Below, in pieces: positions 18,941 to 27,786 of a DNA stretch of 64,000 nt. How positions within the stretch are numbered: the stretch's first letter is position 1; every line of letters starts with the position of its first letter. Below the pieces are notes generated by a model, which was not told the DNA's origin, did not search any database, and saw nothing but the letters and a program-made list of their open reading frames with translations. Source of the stretch: Escherichia phage EJP2. The DNA lies in the sequence record OQ411014.1, one strand, 5' to 3'. A program made the translations under genes and the position numbers.

Positions 18941-19456
18941 ATGTTTTCAATTATGTACAAAGATGAGAATAATCAGCCACAGTACTTAGAGAGTTCCAGA
19001 TTTTACTCTTGGACTGATGATCTCGACGATGCTGCAAAGTTCGCACAAGAGAAGACAGCAGAAAAAGAAGTCAAGAAGATGTACAAAAATGGCTTCGATG
19101 AACAACTCTACGTAGTCTCTGTGAAGTGTGTTGCTATGTCTTTGAATACTGTAAAAATGCCCCCTATGAAGAATGGGTATACTTTCTGGTTGTCTGTTAC
19201 TGAAGAGTTCTATCGTGGTCCTAAGAAAAACTTCGGATTCAGTTCTTTCAGTACTGCGGTAAGTGCATGTACTATATTCAAAACAGAAGAAGAAGCTGAA
19301 AAAACAATGCAAGAATATATTCAGTTCTTGCAGGATTGTTATAATATGTATAAAACAACTTCACCTTCGTATAAAGTATATAAAGATACATATGATAAAG
19401 AATCAGTACAGCTTCGTGTTGTGAAAATTGTTGATGGGAAAATGCACAATGCGTAA
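18941..19456 (+). CDS. hypothetical protein (171 aa)
   Basis: ORF track; start overlaps upstream stop. Confidence 0.55.
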   Translation: MFSIMYKDENNQPQYLESSRFYSWTDDLDDAAKFAQEKTAEKEVKKMYKNGFDEQLYVVSVKCVAMSLNTVKMPPMKNGYTFWLSVTEEFYRGPKKNFGFSSFSTAVSACTIFKTEEEAEKTMQEYIQFLQDCYNMYKTTSPSYKVYKDTYDKESVQLRVVKIVDGKMHNA

Positions 19457-19937
19457 AATTCATCACAAGATGAAACCCTTCTGGAAAGAAGTTGATGGGC
19501 TGGTGGAGTACTTAGTGTACTACCATGCATTTGGTTCCGTCTATGAACGACAAGGCTTGAAGGACCGTTCCATCTGTATCAATAAATCCAAATCGTACTT
19601 CATTTCATTTCAGTACGATAACTTATTGTACATGATTCTTTACAGCCTGAAGAACCCGAATGTGTTTTCTATTGAGATTGCAGATACATGGGACAAAACA
19701 TCATATTCTACACTATATGATTTCACTGTACCAGTACTGCTAACTGAAGAAGAACTGTTCAGTAAAGCATTGACGCAAGACATTGCGGAGTATAGTATTG
19801 AATTGCATAAGGAAGTATATAATTACTTCATGTACGTTCACACTATGCTTGGGGTTGGTCAGTTGAAAGATATGGACCCAATCACACCGCACATCCAGTC
19901 AGTACTGGATTCTGTAAAAGATTTGAAGAAGTGTTGA
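19434..19937 (+). CDS. FFQ-like family protein (start uncertain)
   Basis: ORF track 19428..19937 (TTG); first ATG used; motif LTEEELFSKAL. Confidence 0.5.
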   Translation: MGKCTMRKIHHKMKPFWKEVDGLVEYLVYYHAFGSVYERQGLKDRSICINKSKSYFISFQYDNLLYMILYSLKNPNVFSIEIADTWDKTSYSTLYDFTVPVLLTEEELFSKALTQDIAEYSIELHKEVYNYFMYVHTMLGVGQLKDMDPITPHIQSVLDSVKDLKKC

Positions 19938-19962
19938 CATAGGGGGAATCTTCCCCTATAAT
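19934..19962 (+). promoter_or_regulatory. sigma70-type promoter TTGACA N17 TATAAT with hairpin in spacer
   Basis: GGGGGAATCTTCCCC inverted repeat sits in the spacer. Confidence 0.5.
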
Positions 19963-19989
19963 TAATTCATACAAAACGCAGAGGTTAAC

Positions 19990-20691
19990 ATGGACATTAC
20001 TGATTCTTTAATTGTGGTATTACGTAATCACATACAAAAGCACTTCAATAGGACTGAAATTAGAAATTTCAATTATGAACTATCTGAATGCACCAAGCTG
20101 CAATTTGTACACGAAGAACCATTTAAGGTTATTAGTGTAGCATTTGTTTCCGAAGGTGGGTGTACACAGCATCCGTTCTTTGAGTTCGAGGACAAATACT
20201 TAAAGAGTGCATTTAGCTATGAAGATACTATTTCAATTGAAACATCAAGGATTGCACCAATTCATATAGAAACGATTCCGTGGAGTCGATTACTTGATGC
20301 ACCTGCAATTCAATGCGAACCTGACTGGGTGGGACTTAGTATTGAAGTAATATCGTACATTCAATATCCTACGTCAGACGATTATGGATTTGCTCTTGAT
20401 GCGTACCTATTACAATGTACTGATTTGAAGATGAAAACAGTACTGAAGACTTCCAGAAAGCGAACTGACCTGATATACTATAAGGATGAGATTATAGCTA
20501 TCATGTCCGGTACTGGATCATATGGGATGCGTTATACAGTACTCAGTACTGATAGAGATAAGTTCACTGAAATGATACATACAATCATTACAGAATCCAA
20601 AGCTGAAGATTACAAAATTCCAATTGAACATACGAAAGTGATTGACTTCACCCAAGACCCTGATGTATACTTTCATGTACCAGGTTTATAA
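19990..20691 (+). CDS. hypothetical protein (233 aa)
   Basis: ORF track; GAGG RBS. Confidence 0.55.
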   Translation: MDITDSLIVVLRNHIQKHFNRTEIRNFNYELSECTKLQFVHEEPFKVISVAFVSEGGCTQHPFFEFEDKYLKSAFSYEDTISIETSRIAPIHIETIPWSRLLDAPAIQCEPDWVGLSIEVISYIQYPTSDDYGFALDAYLLQCTDLKMKTVLKTSRKRTDLIYYKDEIIAIMSGTGSYGMRYTVLSTDRDKFTEMIHTIITESKAEDYKIPIEHTKVIDFTQDPDVYFHVPGL

Positions 20692-20710
20692 ACAAACATA
20701 GGAACAGAAA

Positions 20711-20905
20711 ATGAAATTTTTTGAACGTATCGTCGCATCAATCAAAGCATATCTTGGTAACAACAACACAGGCCCAGGTGAGCTAGAGTGCTGGCGTGAT
20801 TGGGATAAACGTATGGATAGTATTGTTCCAGCGGCACATCCTAAGACGTATGACCGTTACGACCCGAAGTACAATCTTCATGAAAAAATTGAAAAAGATT
20901 CATAA
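20711..20905 (+). CDS. hypothetical protein (64 aa)
   Basis: ORF track; TAGGAA RBS. Confidence 0.5.
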   Translation: MKFFERIVASIKAYLGNNNTGPGELECWRDWDKRMDSIVPAAHPKTYDRYDPKYNLHEKIEKDS

Positions 20906-20910
20906 AAAAA

Positions 20911-20939
20911 TGAGACAAACTGGAAAATTGTGATATAAT
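20911..20939 (+). promoter_or_regulatory. extended -10 promoter (TGAGAC N~17 TGTGATATAAT)
   Basis: Third copy of TGTGATATAATATAA block; followed by ~95 nt leader with hairpin. Confidence 0.45.
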
Positions 20940-21036
20940 ATAATTATCCAAACATCGTCGGATGTAAAACGAAAAACTCACAGCGTTCAATCATTTGAAC
21001 GCAATTCTATAGAAAAGTAATAAAAGGATTTATAAA

Positions 21037-21258
21037 ATGGCTAACGAACTAAACCAAACCGCAGTAATCGCTGACATTTCCGATGTAGAACGTACCATGA
21101 ACTACATTCAATTCCAACTAAGTCAAGCAGATGCTGAATTGGCTACCTTTGCTGGTACAGATGCTAAGAAAATCTGTTATGTTCACCTACTTGCTTGGAA
21201 GCAAGAGCTACAAACTGAACTACATGAACTACGCAAAGCTCTAAAGCGTAAAGCATAA
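21037..21258 (+). CDS. hypothetical protein (73 aa)
   Basis: ORF track; AAAGGA RBS; host-like codon usage. Confidence 0.5.
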   Translation: MANELNQTAVIADISDVERTMNYIQFQLSQADAELATFAGTDAKKICYVHLLAWKQELQTELHELRKALKRKA

Positions 21259-21261
21259 GTT

Positions 21262-21296
21262 CATAATGAATGCCATCCACATGGGTGGCATTTTTA
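21262..21296 (+). terminator. rho-independent terminator
   Basis: ATGCCATCC/GGGTGGCAT hairpin followed by TTTTT. Confidence 0.5.
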
Positions 21297-21319
21297 AACT
21301 TACCTATTTGGAGATTATA

Positions 21320-21568
21320 ATGAAACAAGGCGATTTGGAGCAACAAGTCAAACATCTACACAAACGTATTGAGCAGATGAAAGCCCAACGTACAGAAGCG
21401 TGGAGTAAATGGCAAGAACTACAAAACGTACAAGCAACTCGTGAAATTCAAAAAGAAATTTCTTCTCTTTCTGGATTGATTTGTTCTCTGAACTATAGTA
21501 TTATGGGTACTCAGAAGACGTACAAAGAAGCGTGTTCCGAATTGATTTCATTCATCACTAAAGGGTAA
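21320..21568 (+). CDS. coiled-coil protein (82 aa)
   Basis: ORF track 21266..21568 trimmed to ATG after GGAG RBS (track start lies in terminator). Confidence 0.5.
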   Translation: MKQGDLEQQVKHLHKRIEQMKAQRTEAWSKWQELQNVQATREIQKEISSLSGLICSLNYSIMGTQKTYKEACSELISFITKG

Positions 21569-21573
21569 TAACA

Positions 21574-22101
21574 ATGTCAATTGAAATGATTTTTCTGTTC
21601 TCATGTTTAGCTTTCCTGGGTGCGTTCATTGTACTGCTAACTATCAGTACTGCGGTAATTGGTTCTAACAAAGCACTTCGTTTGCAATACATGATGAGTG
21701 CTCTGAAGAAAGATAAGAACGTTACTGATATCGTTGAGCATATCTTAGCTAAAGAAGAAGTAGGTCTTCTTGAAGTTTCACTATCTGGTAATCGCTTACG
21801 TTTTTATGAAGTAGGTGAAGTTCCAAATGATGGTCTTTCCTGGAGCAACCGTAACTCACATAGTGTTTCTATTTGGATTGGTAATCGTTATTCTAACTAT
21901 GGTTATATCGAGAAGTACTATTCCGAAGATGATTCACAGTTCGACGGTAAGTGTCCAGCATATAAGACTTGGTTGAAACTGATTGCACTTGAACAAAGGA
22001 TTGCAAACAAAGAAACTGGTATCAATACCGACAAGACCAAAGCTAAGAAAGAAACTACTTACAAAGCTGAAAAGAACAAAGTAACAGAAATCGAATTATA
22101 A
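21574..22101 (+). CDS. membrane-anchored protein (175 aa)
   Basis: ORF track; N-terminal transmembrane segment. Confidence 0.55.
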   Translation: MSIEMIFLFSCLAFLGAFIVLLTISTAVIGSNKALRLQYMMSALKKDKNVTDIVEHILAKEEVGLLEVSLSGNRLRFYEVGEVPNDGLSWSNRNSHSVSIWIGNRYSNYGYIEKYYSEDDSQFDGKCPAYKTWLKLIALEQRIANKETGINTDKTKAKKETTYKAEKNKVTEIEL

Positions 22102-22104
22102 TCA

Positions 22105-22127
22105 AAAGGGGTCTTGTGCCCCTTTTT
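22105..22127 (+). terminator. rho-independent terminator
   Basis: AAAAGGGGTC/GTGCCCCTTTTT hairpin. Confidence 0.55.
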
Positions 22128-22144
22128 CGTGTAAGGAAATGAAT

Positions 22145-22444
22145 ATGAGTATTCACCAAACTATTGTTGATAAACTCCAAGAAGTTCTCGATGAAGTTCA
22201 AGAACTTCCTGCTGGATATCAGTACAAGATTCGTGAGTTATGTTCTTGTATTGAAACTGTTGTTAGCATGTATGAAGATGTTCAGAAGGGTATCATCCCT
22301 GAAGTTTTCAAAAAGAATACGGCACAGCATGTAGATGCAGCAGAACATGAAGTTCAGGATGAACCACAGCCTGTTCAAGAAGTAAAAGAAGAAGTAAAGC
22401 CCATAAAGAATGATGTGTTGAATATCCCTAACATCGAGCTATAA
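22145..22444 (+). CDS. hypothetical protein (99 aa)
   Basis: ORF track 22139..22444, ATG with better spacing to AAGGA RBS preferred. Confidence 0.5.
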   Translation: MSIHQTIVDKLQEVLDEVQELPAGYQYKIRELCSCIETVVSMYEDVQKGIIPEVFKKNTAQHVDAAEHEVQDEPQPVQEVKEEVKPIKNDVLNIPNIEL

Positions 22445-22446
22445 TT

Positions 22447-22947
22447 ATGATAAACCCAAAGGTACTCAAAACTATAAAAGACGAATTGACAGTACTGCAA
22501 AGTACTATCCCAATGACTCGTAATAGTGGTGTACACAATTCAACAAAGAAGACTACCGTATTCATACCCATTGATGGTGTTAGTGGTGAAGATATAAATC
22601 TCACAGTGAACACGTATCATAATGGAGAGACATTCTTTGATGGTAAGTGTAGTAACATTCATATACTCGTTGTGGGTAGAAATGATGATGTTGATGCAGC
22701 GGGGAATCGATATTCTTCATTTTTCGAGATTGACATATATCGAGATAGATTGTTCATGCCTGGAATGAATGGTGAAGGATCTATCGATTTCAGTATGTTC
22801 TCTGACGATTATGAAATTAGTGAAAAAGAATTGTTTGAATTTTTCCTAGTTACTGATACAATGGGTTTACCAGATGACCTCATGTTGACTATCATCGAAG
22901 TTACACGAGTATTACAAGATACTGATACGTTTTCACCCATATTCTAA
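22447..22947 (+). CDS. FFQ-like family protein
   Basis: ORF track; C-terminal ISEKELFEFFLVTDTMGLPDD parallels 15312 protein FFQYSLVNDTMGLSFED. Confidence 0.55.
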   Translation: MINPKVLKTIKDELTVLQSTIPMTRNSGVHNSTKKTTVFIPIDGVSGEDINLTVNTYHNGETFFDGKCSNIHILVVGRNDDVDAAGNRYSSFFEIDIYRDRLFMPGMNGEGSIDFSMFSDDYEISEKELFEFFLVTDTMGLPDDLMLTIIEVTRVLQDTDTFSPIF

Positions 22948-22956
22948 GGAACAACA

Positions 22957-23229
22957 ATGCAAAATTTAGATGGCTTCAAACCTTTCTTCACTTTCTATGA
23001 CTTTGGTATTCGCAAAGAAGATGCTAAAGGTTTCTTACAATTTGGTGCTACTGTAGCAGGTTCCCCAAACAGTGGATATCATGTGTTCATTGCAGCACTA
23101 GGGAAACGTTCTAAAGTACTGGCAGACTTGGAACTCTTCCATAAGCTACATGTTGCGTTAGAAGATAATCAAGAGTTTTATGATTTGTGTGTTCAAATTG
23201 TAACAGAAAATCCAGAACGTAATAAATAA
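22957..23229 (+). CDS. hypothetical protein (90 aa)
   Basis: ORF track; TAAGGAA RBS. Confidence 0.5.
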   Translation: MQNLDGFKPFFTFYDFGIRKEDAKGFLQFGATVAGSPNSGYHVFIAALGKRSKVLADLELFHKLHVALEDNQEFYDLCVQIVTENPERNK

Positions 23230-23366
23230 TAATACCAAAAGAAGAATAACATAATTATATCCCTCCCCTACCTATGGGATTTGGTGTACTAGTACTGCAA
23301 TAGTACTGTACATCCCGTTGGTAGACAACTTGTGTATCTCCTGCACATATAAACATCCGCAAACTG

Positions 23367-23396
23367 TCCAGCTTTATGCTGGACTTTTTGTTTTTA
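23367..23396 (+). terminator. rho-independent terminator
   Basis: GTCCAGC-TTTAT-GCTGGAC hairpin followed by T-run. Confidence 0.5.
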
Positions 23397-23438
23397 TGCT
23401 GTTATAATTTAAGTATTAACAACCATAAAGAGATAATC

Positions 23439-23828
23439 ATGAAAGCTGAACTATATGATTTATTGTTACAATCATTGAAGACTGAATTTGTATTTGACTT
23501 CAAGAACCCAACTGGCTCAATTGTATTCACGAACAAGATCGTTTATGCCAAAGCTGAAGGCGGGGCATCTGTAATCTACGTACCGTATGAAGGTCAATCA
23601 TTTTATGTGTGTATCTATCCTGACACAACAGATTACGTTACAGTAATGTACATGTCAGGTGATGATTTTGAAGAAAAAGAGGGCAGTACTGAATCTTTTG
23701 GTACATTCAAAATGATCAGTACTGAAGAAGAGTTCTTCATGAAGAGTACTATCAACGATATGAATCATTCTTTTGAATTGATCAGTACTCTTCATGAACT
23801 CCAGAAAGAACTTGACCAGTATTTGTAA
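23439..23828 (+). CDS. FFQ-like family protein
   Basis: ORF track 23376..23828 trimmed (track start inside terminator); motif STEEEFFMKST. Confidence 0.55.
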   Translation: MKAELYDLLLQSLKTEFVFDFKNPTGSIVFTNKIVYAKAEGGASVIYVPYEGQSFYVCIYPDTTDYVTVMYMSGDDFEEKEGSTESFGTFKMISTEEEFFMKSTINDMNHSFELISTLHELQKELDQYL

Positions 23829-23834
23829 GGACAG

Positions 23835-24170
23835 ATGATGTTAGAACTACTAGAAACAATCCTGTACGCAGCTAGAGCAGAACGATATGATAAACTCGAT
23901 GCACTAGCACCTAAAGTGTTTTATGGTCGAGAAGGTGATGCGATATTGTCCTTTACTATCATGACAGAAGAAAACTTTTCTATCATGATTAGGGCAACAC
24001 ACGTCATTGACTGTCGTTGTAAAAACTGGTCTGACGCAACATTGAAGTACGGTTACAAGGAAGATGAATTCTTCTTAGAATCACTCAAGCGTGAAATACA
24101 TTTTTCCTATGAAGAATATCTACTTGCACAAAAAATTTCAGAAGTTCTAAAAAGACTCGCATATAAATGA
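23835..24170 (+). CDS. FFQ-like family protein
   Basis: ORF track; motif YKEDEFFLESL. Confidence 0.55.
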   Translation: MMLELLETILYAARAERYDKLDALAPKVFYGREGDAILSFTIMTEENFSIMIRATHVIDCRCKNWSDATLKYGYKEDEFFLESLKREIHFSYEEYLLAQKISEVLKRLAYK

Positions 24171-24196
24171 GAAATTTAGGATAAATGTGATATAAT
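24168..24196 (+). promoter_or_regulatory. extended -10 promoter (TGAGAA N17 TGTGATATAAT)
   Basis: Fourth copy of TGTGATATAATATAA block; followed by ~140 nt leader with two hairpins. Confidence 0.45.
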
Positions 24197-24338
24197 ATAA
24201 TTATTAGGGACATTCGTCCCAACCGCCCTCACTGAAGCATGGTCAGACTCAGTGAGCACACTACGGGTGCTCTGACTGGTAAATGGAGGCTACCATAGAT
24301 GTAGCCTCCAATTTATCCTTAAACAAAAGGAGAGCAAA

Positions 24339-24785
24339 ATGAAATTCAACAAAATTCAGTTAGTGTTTGAAAACTGTGAAACTTTAGTTATTAATGCATC
24401 TGATATTGTTACATTGAAGACTTCACCAGCCCAAACTTCTTATCACAAGAACTACGGTAACAGTATCATTGAAGAACATGAAATCAAACACATCTTCCTG
24501 GCAGTGAAGAATGGCACTAAGGCTGATCCTGATTCTGTGTCATGGGACGATGACAGTACTGTGCGATTCCGTAATGACGTTACGAACATTACCTTCATTA
24601 GTGATAATGAAAGTAAAAACTACGTAGTTCGTTGGGAAGAGAGTAATACTAATAATTACTCATCTGCGTATCAGCGTTGCACAACCACTCTAGATGGTCA
24701 TCAAGTCTGGATCAACTCATCTGATGTTATTATGGATTTGCAAATTTCTGACGTTGATGAGTTAGCATCGTTTATGAATATCTAA
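24339..24785 (+). CDS. hypothetical protein (148 aa)
   Basis: ORF track; AAGGAG RBS. Confidence 0.55.
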   Translation: MKFNKIQLVFENCETLVINASDIVTLKTSPAQTSYHKNYGNSIIEEHEIKHIFLAVKNGTKADPDSVSWDDDSTVRFRNDVTNITFISDNESKNYVVRWEESNTNNYSSAYQRCTTTLDGHQVWINSSDVIMDLQISDVDELASFMNI

Positions 24786-24794
24786 GGAAATCAA

Positions 24795-25157
24795 ATGACA
24801 AAGCACCGTACATTACATAATGCAATAAAACATGTTCATACTAATATCAGTACTATCATGTCTAACCAGCCATATATATGCGGTGCTTTGGAATTCACAT
24901 CTCTAGGACACCAAACTGTCCACGCATACGAACTCTTCTGGAACACCCACAGAGCCATTACTATTGATATGTATGAGAATCACATGGCCTTCAAATCATG
25001 GAACGTTGATACGTACCGATGGATGGATGTGTGCAAGATAAGTTATGACATCACCAGGGAAGAGTTCGATCAGTTGTTGTTCGTTCATGACTTACGTACT
25101 TTGGAGTTCAAATCATTCAAGTACCTAAAGCTCATCAAAGAACACATTTTCAGTTGA
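24795..25157 (+). CDS. hypothetical protein (120 aa)
   Basis: ORF track. Confidence 0.5.
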   Translation: MTKHRTLHNAIKHVHTNISTIMSNQPYICGALEFTSLGHQTVHAYELFWNTHRAITIDMYENHMAFKSWNVDTYRWMDVCKISYDITREEFDQLLFVHDLRTLEFKSFKYLKLIKEHIFS

Positions 25158-25210
25158 CAATGATTTGTTATGATGTATAATACTAACAAATAACACAGAG
25201 GATTGAAAAC

Positions 25211-25639
25211 ATGTCATTAGAAGCTAAAGTACATTTCAAAGATACGTGGATTGACTTAACCACCAATACAGTACTGAACAATGAATTCAGTACACAAACT
25301 CTTTCTGCTGATACAGTAGAAGAACTAACCAAAGATGTTAAGCAACTCATCTCATCACGTGTTGGCTCTGACGTATACAACGCTCAACGCCATATTACTG
25401 AATTGTTAGGTGTAGATGGTATTGAATACCAGATGCAGTACAAAATGAGCAAAGAAGAGATGTTTGACTTCATTTTGACTAACAATGTAGAAATCACACG
25501 AGATGGTGCTGTTTGGACTAAAACTGACGGTCGTAAAGTTCGTGTGAAATATTCTGTCAAGATCAATGATTTGAACTTAGCTGGATATGATTTAGAAGAA
25601 GCTATTCAGTACTATCACGATACGAGAGGTTCACGATGA
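25211..25639 (+). CDS. hypothetical protein (142 aa)
   Basis: ORF track; promoter TTGACA N16 TATAAT at ~25154. Confidence 0.55.
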   Translation: MSLEAKVHFKDTWIDLTTNTVLNNEFSTQTLSADTVEELTKDVKQLISSRVGSDVYNAQRHITELLGVDGIEYQMQYKMSKEEMFDFILTNNVEITRDGAVWTKTDGRKVRVKYSVKINDLNLAGYDLEEAIQYYHDTRGSR

Positions 25640-26028
25640 TTGTAGTTGCAGTATTACTTGGATTTGCTATAATGGCTATAACGTTACGTCTTAACGGTTA
25701 CTACAGAGACGAACGATTTCGCATTGAGCGAGAGAAAGAACGTGACTTGCACAAAGAAATATATAAAGCACATGAGCCAGTAAAATCACCATATGAAGTT
25801 CGATTGTCTTTGAGTAAGGACAAGAAGTTGGGTTATGCAGTGTATGACCACAGTGTGGGGCATTTTGCGAACTCAAATGGTGTTTTTATGTGGTTTCCTG
25901 ATTCGAAAAGTGCTATGATATTTCAAACAACACTGGAAGTGATTGGTTCATATCCACTAACGTACAAAGAATATCTAGATGTAATTCTTCCTGAAGTACT
26001 AAACCAAGAGAAAACTGAGGAAAAATAA
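25636..26028 (+). CDS. membrane-anchored protein (130 aa)
   Basis: ORF track; N-terminal TM; related to next gene (shared RWGYAIWD / KLGYAVYD segment). Confidence 0.5.
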   Translation: MIVVAVLLGFAIMAITLRLNGYYRDERFRIEREKERDLHKEIYKAHEPVKSPYEVRLSLSKDKKLGYAVYDHSVGHFANSNGVFMWFPDSKSAMIFQTTLEVIGSYPLTYKEYLDVILPEVLNQEKTEEK

Positions 26029-26379
26029 ATGTTAGCTGCAATCATCTGTACTGTTATCTTTTCTGCAACGTATTATATTTGCCAGAAGAAACGTACTGAA
26101 GCGTTTGAAACAGCACAAGCTAATCAACTAGAACTTGAGCGTTCTATGTTGATACAGGAGTCCAATGAGGGTAAAGAAGATTCCCCATTCCTCATTAAAC
26201 GTGTAGAATGTAATGGTCGCTGGGGTTATGCAATTTGGGATAAACGTATTTCTGATTATGCTAACATCTCTGACCAAAAGATTGAATTCTTCAGGACATT
26301 GGCTGCGGTTTATTGTATTATGAACGAAATAGAAACTTTTGAGAACTTTAAAGTTACTAAACCTATGCATACATTATAA
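26029..26379 (+). CDS. membrane-anchored protein (116 aa), paralog of previous
   Basis: ORF track; N-terminal TM. Confidence 0.5.
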   Translation: MLAAIICTVIFSATYYICQKKRTEAFETAQANQLELERSMLIQESNEGKEDSPFLIKRVECNGRWGYAIWDKRISDYANISDQKIEFFRTLAAVYCIMNEIETFENFKVTKPMHTL

Positions 26380-26390
26380 GGAGATATAAG

Positions 26391-26537
26391 ATGATTACTG
26401 TACAACTAAATGGTGTAGAACTAGAACTATCTGTCAAGGATGCAGAGAAACTAGTAGAAGAACTGAACTTCAAAATCAACGAGTACTATTACAGTACTAC
26501 TAACGTTCCTGACTCGGAAATCCTATACCGCGAGTAA
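26391..26537 (+). CDS. small hypothetical protein (48 aa)
   Basis: Uninterrupted frame found by hand; strong AAGGAG RBS; below ORF-track cutoff. Confidence 0.45.
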   Translation: MITVQLNGVELELSVKDAEKLVEELNFKINEYYYSTTNVPDSEILYRE

Positions 26538-26540
26538 ATC

Positions 26541-26942
26541 ATGCAAGAAGAAGATATTGTCGATATACTGAAGGGTGTAGTCAAAGAAATCAGAGATAAT
26601 GGTGAATGCAAACAATGTAGGTTCACCATCAATGATGGTAATGGTTCTGATGGCTCATTTCTTATGCAGTTTGAGAATATGACACTTACCATTTACCCGA
26701 CTTCAGTTATAACAAATCAGTTCGAAACAAATTCAGTGAATTACTTTCGGCGGCATCCAAACGATACAGAAGAACAGTACTTCGCTAGAATGCTAACAGG
26801 CACTGAGAGTATAATTTCTCCCAGTACTGAATTAGTACTACAAAGATTCTTTTTCGTTGTCATTACATTCATTCGTGATGGTCTATCCATGTTTCACGAT
26901 ACAGTCTGGACTGGCAATGCATACTACGATGACCAATTATAA
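26541..26942 (+). CDS. FFQ-like family protein
   Basis: ORF track; motif DTEEQYFARML. Confidence 0.55.
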   Translation: MQEEDIVDILKGVVKEIRDNGECKQCRFTINDGNGSDGSFLMQFENMTLTIYPTSVITNQFETNSVNYFRRHPNDTEEQYFARMLTGTESIISPSTELVLQRFFFVVITFIRDGLSMFHDTVWTGNAYYDDQL

Positions 26943-26956
26943 GTTAGGAGATATAT

Positions 26957-27754
26957 ATGATTTTTGATAAAGTTAGTTTTCCTGCACATGCCTTCACTCA
27001 TGCGATTGTAGAAGACACAACTCTGTACGTGTACCTTAGTACTGGTAAGTGTATTGATATTGAATACGATAGCAATGACGCAGCAGAATACGCACTACTA
27101 CGCATTGATGCAGCCGTTTCACAATCCAATCCAGCACAAGAAGTTGTGTACGATGTGAAAGGTAAGATCACTGACATTGTGGGTTCTCTGAAAGAAAAAG
27201 TACTAGACGTTGCTAAAGATAAGGTCAAGAAAACTGCTCAAGAGAAAATCCAAGACACCATTGAAGAACGTGCACAGAAAATGTACGATGACCTACAGAA
27301 TGCACTAACTAACACCAAAGGTGTAGTTCAGAAGGTAGATGATATTTTCAGTACTATCTTTAGTGTTGGTGCACCCACTGAAGAAGAAAAACCTAAAGCA
27401 AAACCAGAAGTGAAACCTTCCCAACCTAAGAAGAAAACATACAAGCATTTTGGTGAAGATTTTTACAGTACTGTAAAAGTAACTGACCAACCGCGTGATC
27501 TAGACGGTCATCAACTACTCAATACTAAAGTATCTGATTTGACCCTGGATGAACTACGTACTGCTGTTGGTTTTGGTATTGATGATGCAATTTCTAACAA
27601 TCCAAATGTTAGTGAAAGTATCAAGATGATTGTGAAAACATTTGGTGCACAAGAAACTGAAGAAGCAATGACTTATCTAAAAGACCTGATTGTGGATTAT
27701 GCACAATCACAACCGAACGCAACCGTTCGACAAGCAATCGCTAAATTCTTGTAA
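26957..27754 (+). CDS. hypothetical protein with K/P/E-rich linker (265 aa)
   Basis: ORF track; TAGGAG RBS. Confidence 0.6.
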   Translation: MIFDKVSFPAHAFTHAIVEDTTLYVYLSTGKCIDIEYDSNDAAEYALLRIDAAVSQSNPAQEVVYDVKGKITDIVGSLKEKVLDVAKDKVKKTAQEKIQDTIEERAQKMYDDLQNALTNTKGVVQKVDDIFSTIFSVGAPTEEEKPKAKPEVKPSQPKKKTYKHFGEDFYSTVKVTDQPRDLDGHQLLNTKVSDLTLDELRTAVGFGIDDAISNNPNVSESIKMIVKTFGAQETEEAMTYLKDLIVDYAQSQPNATVRQAIAKFL

Positions 27755-27759
27755 TAAAA

Positions 27760-27785
27760 AAGGCTCCTATAAAGGAGCCTTTTGT
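27760..27785. terminator. bidirectional rho-independent terminator
   Basis: AAAAAGGCTCC/GGAGCCTTTT hairpin between convergent genes. Confidence 0.6.
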
Positions 27786-27786
27786 T

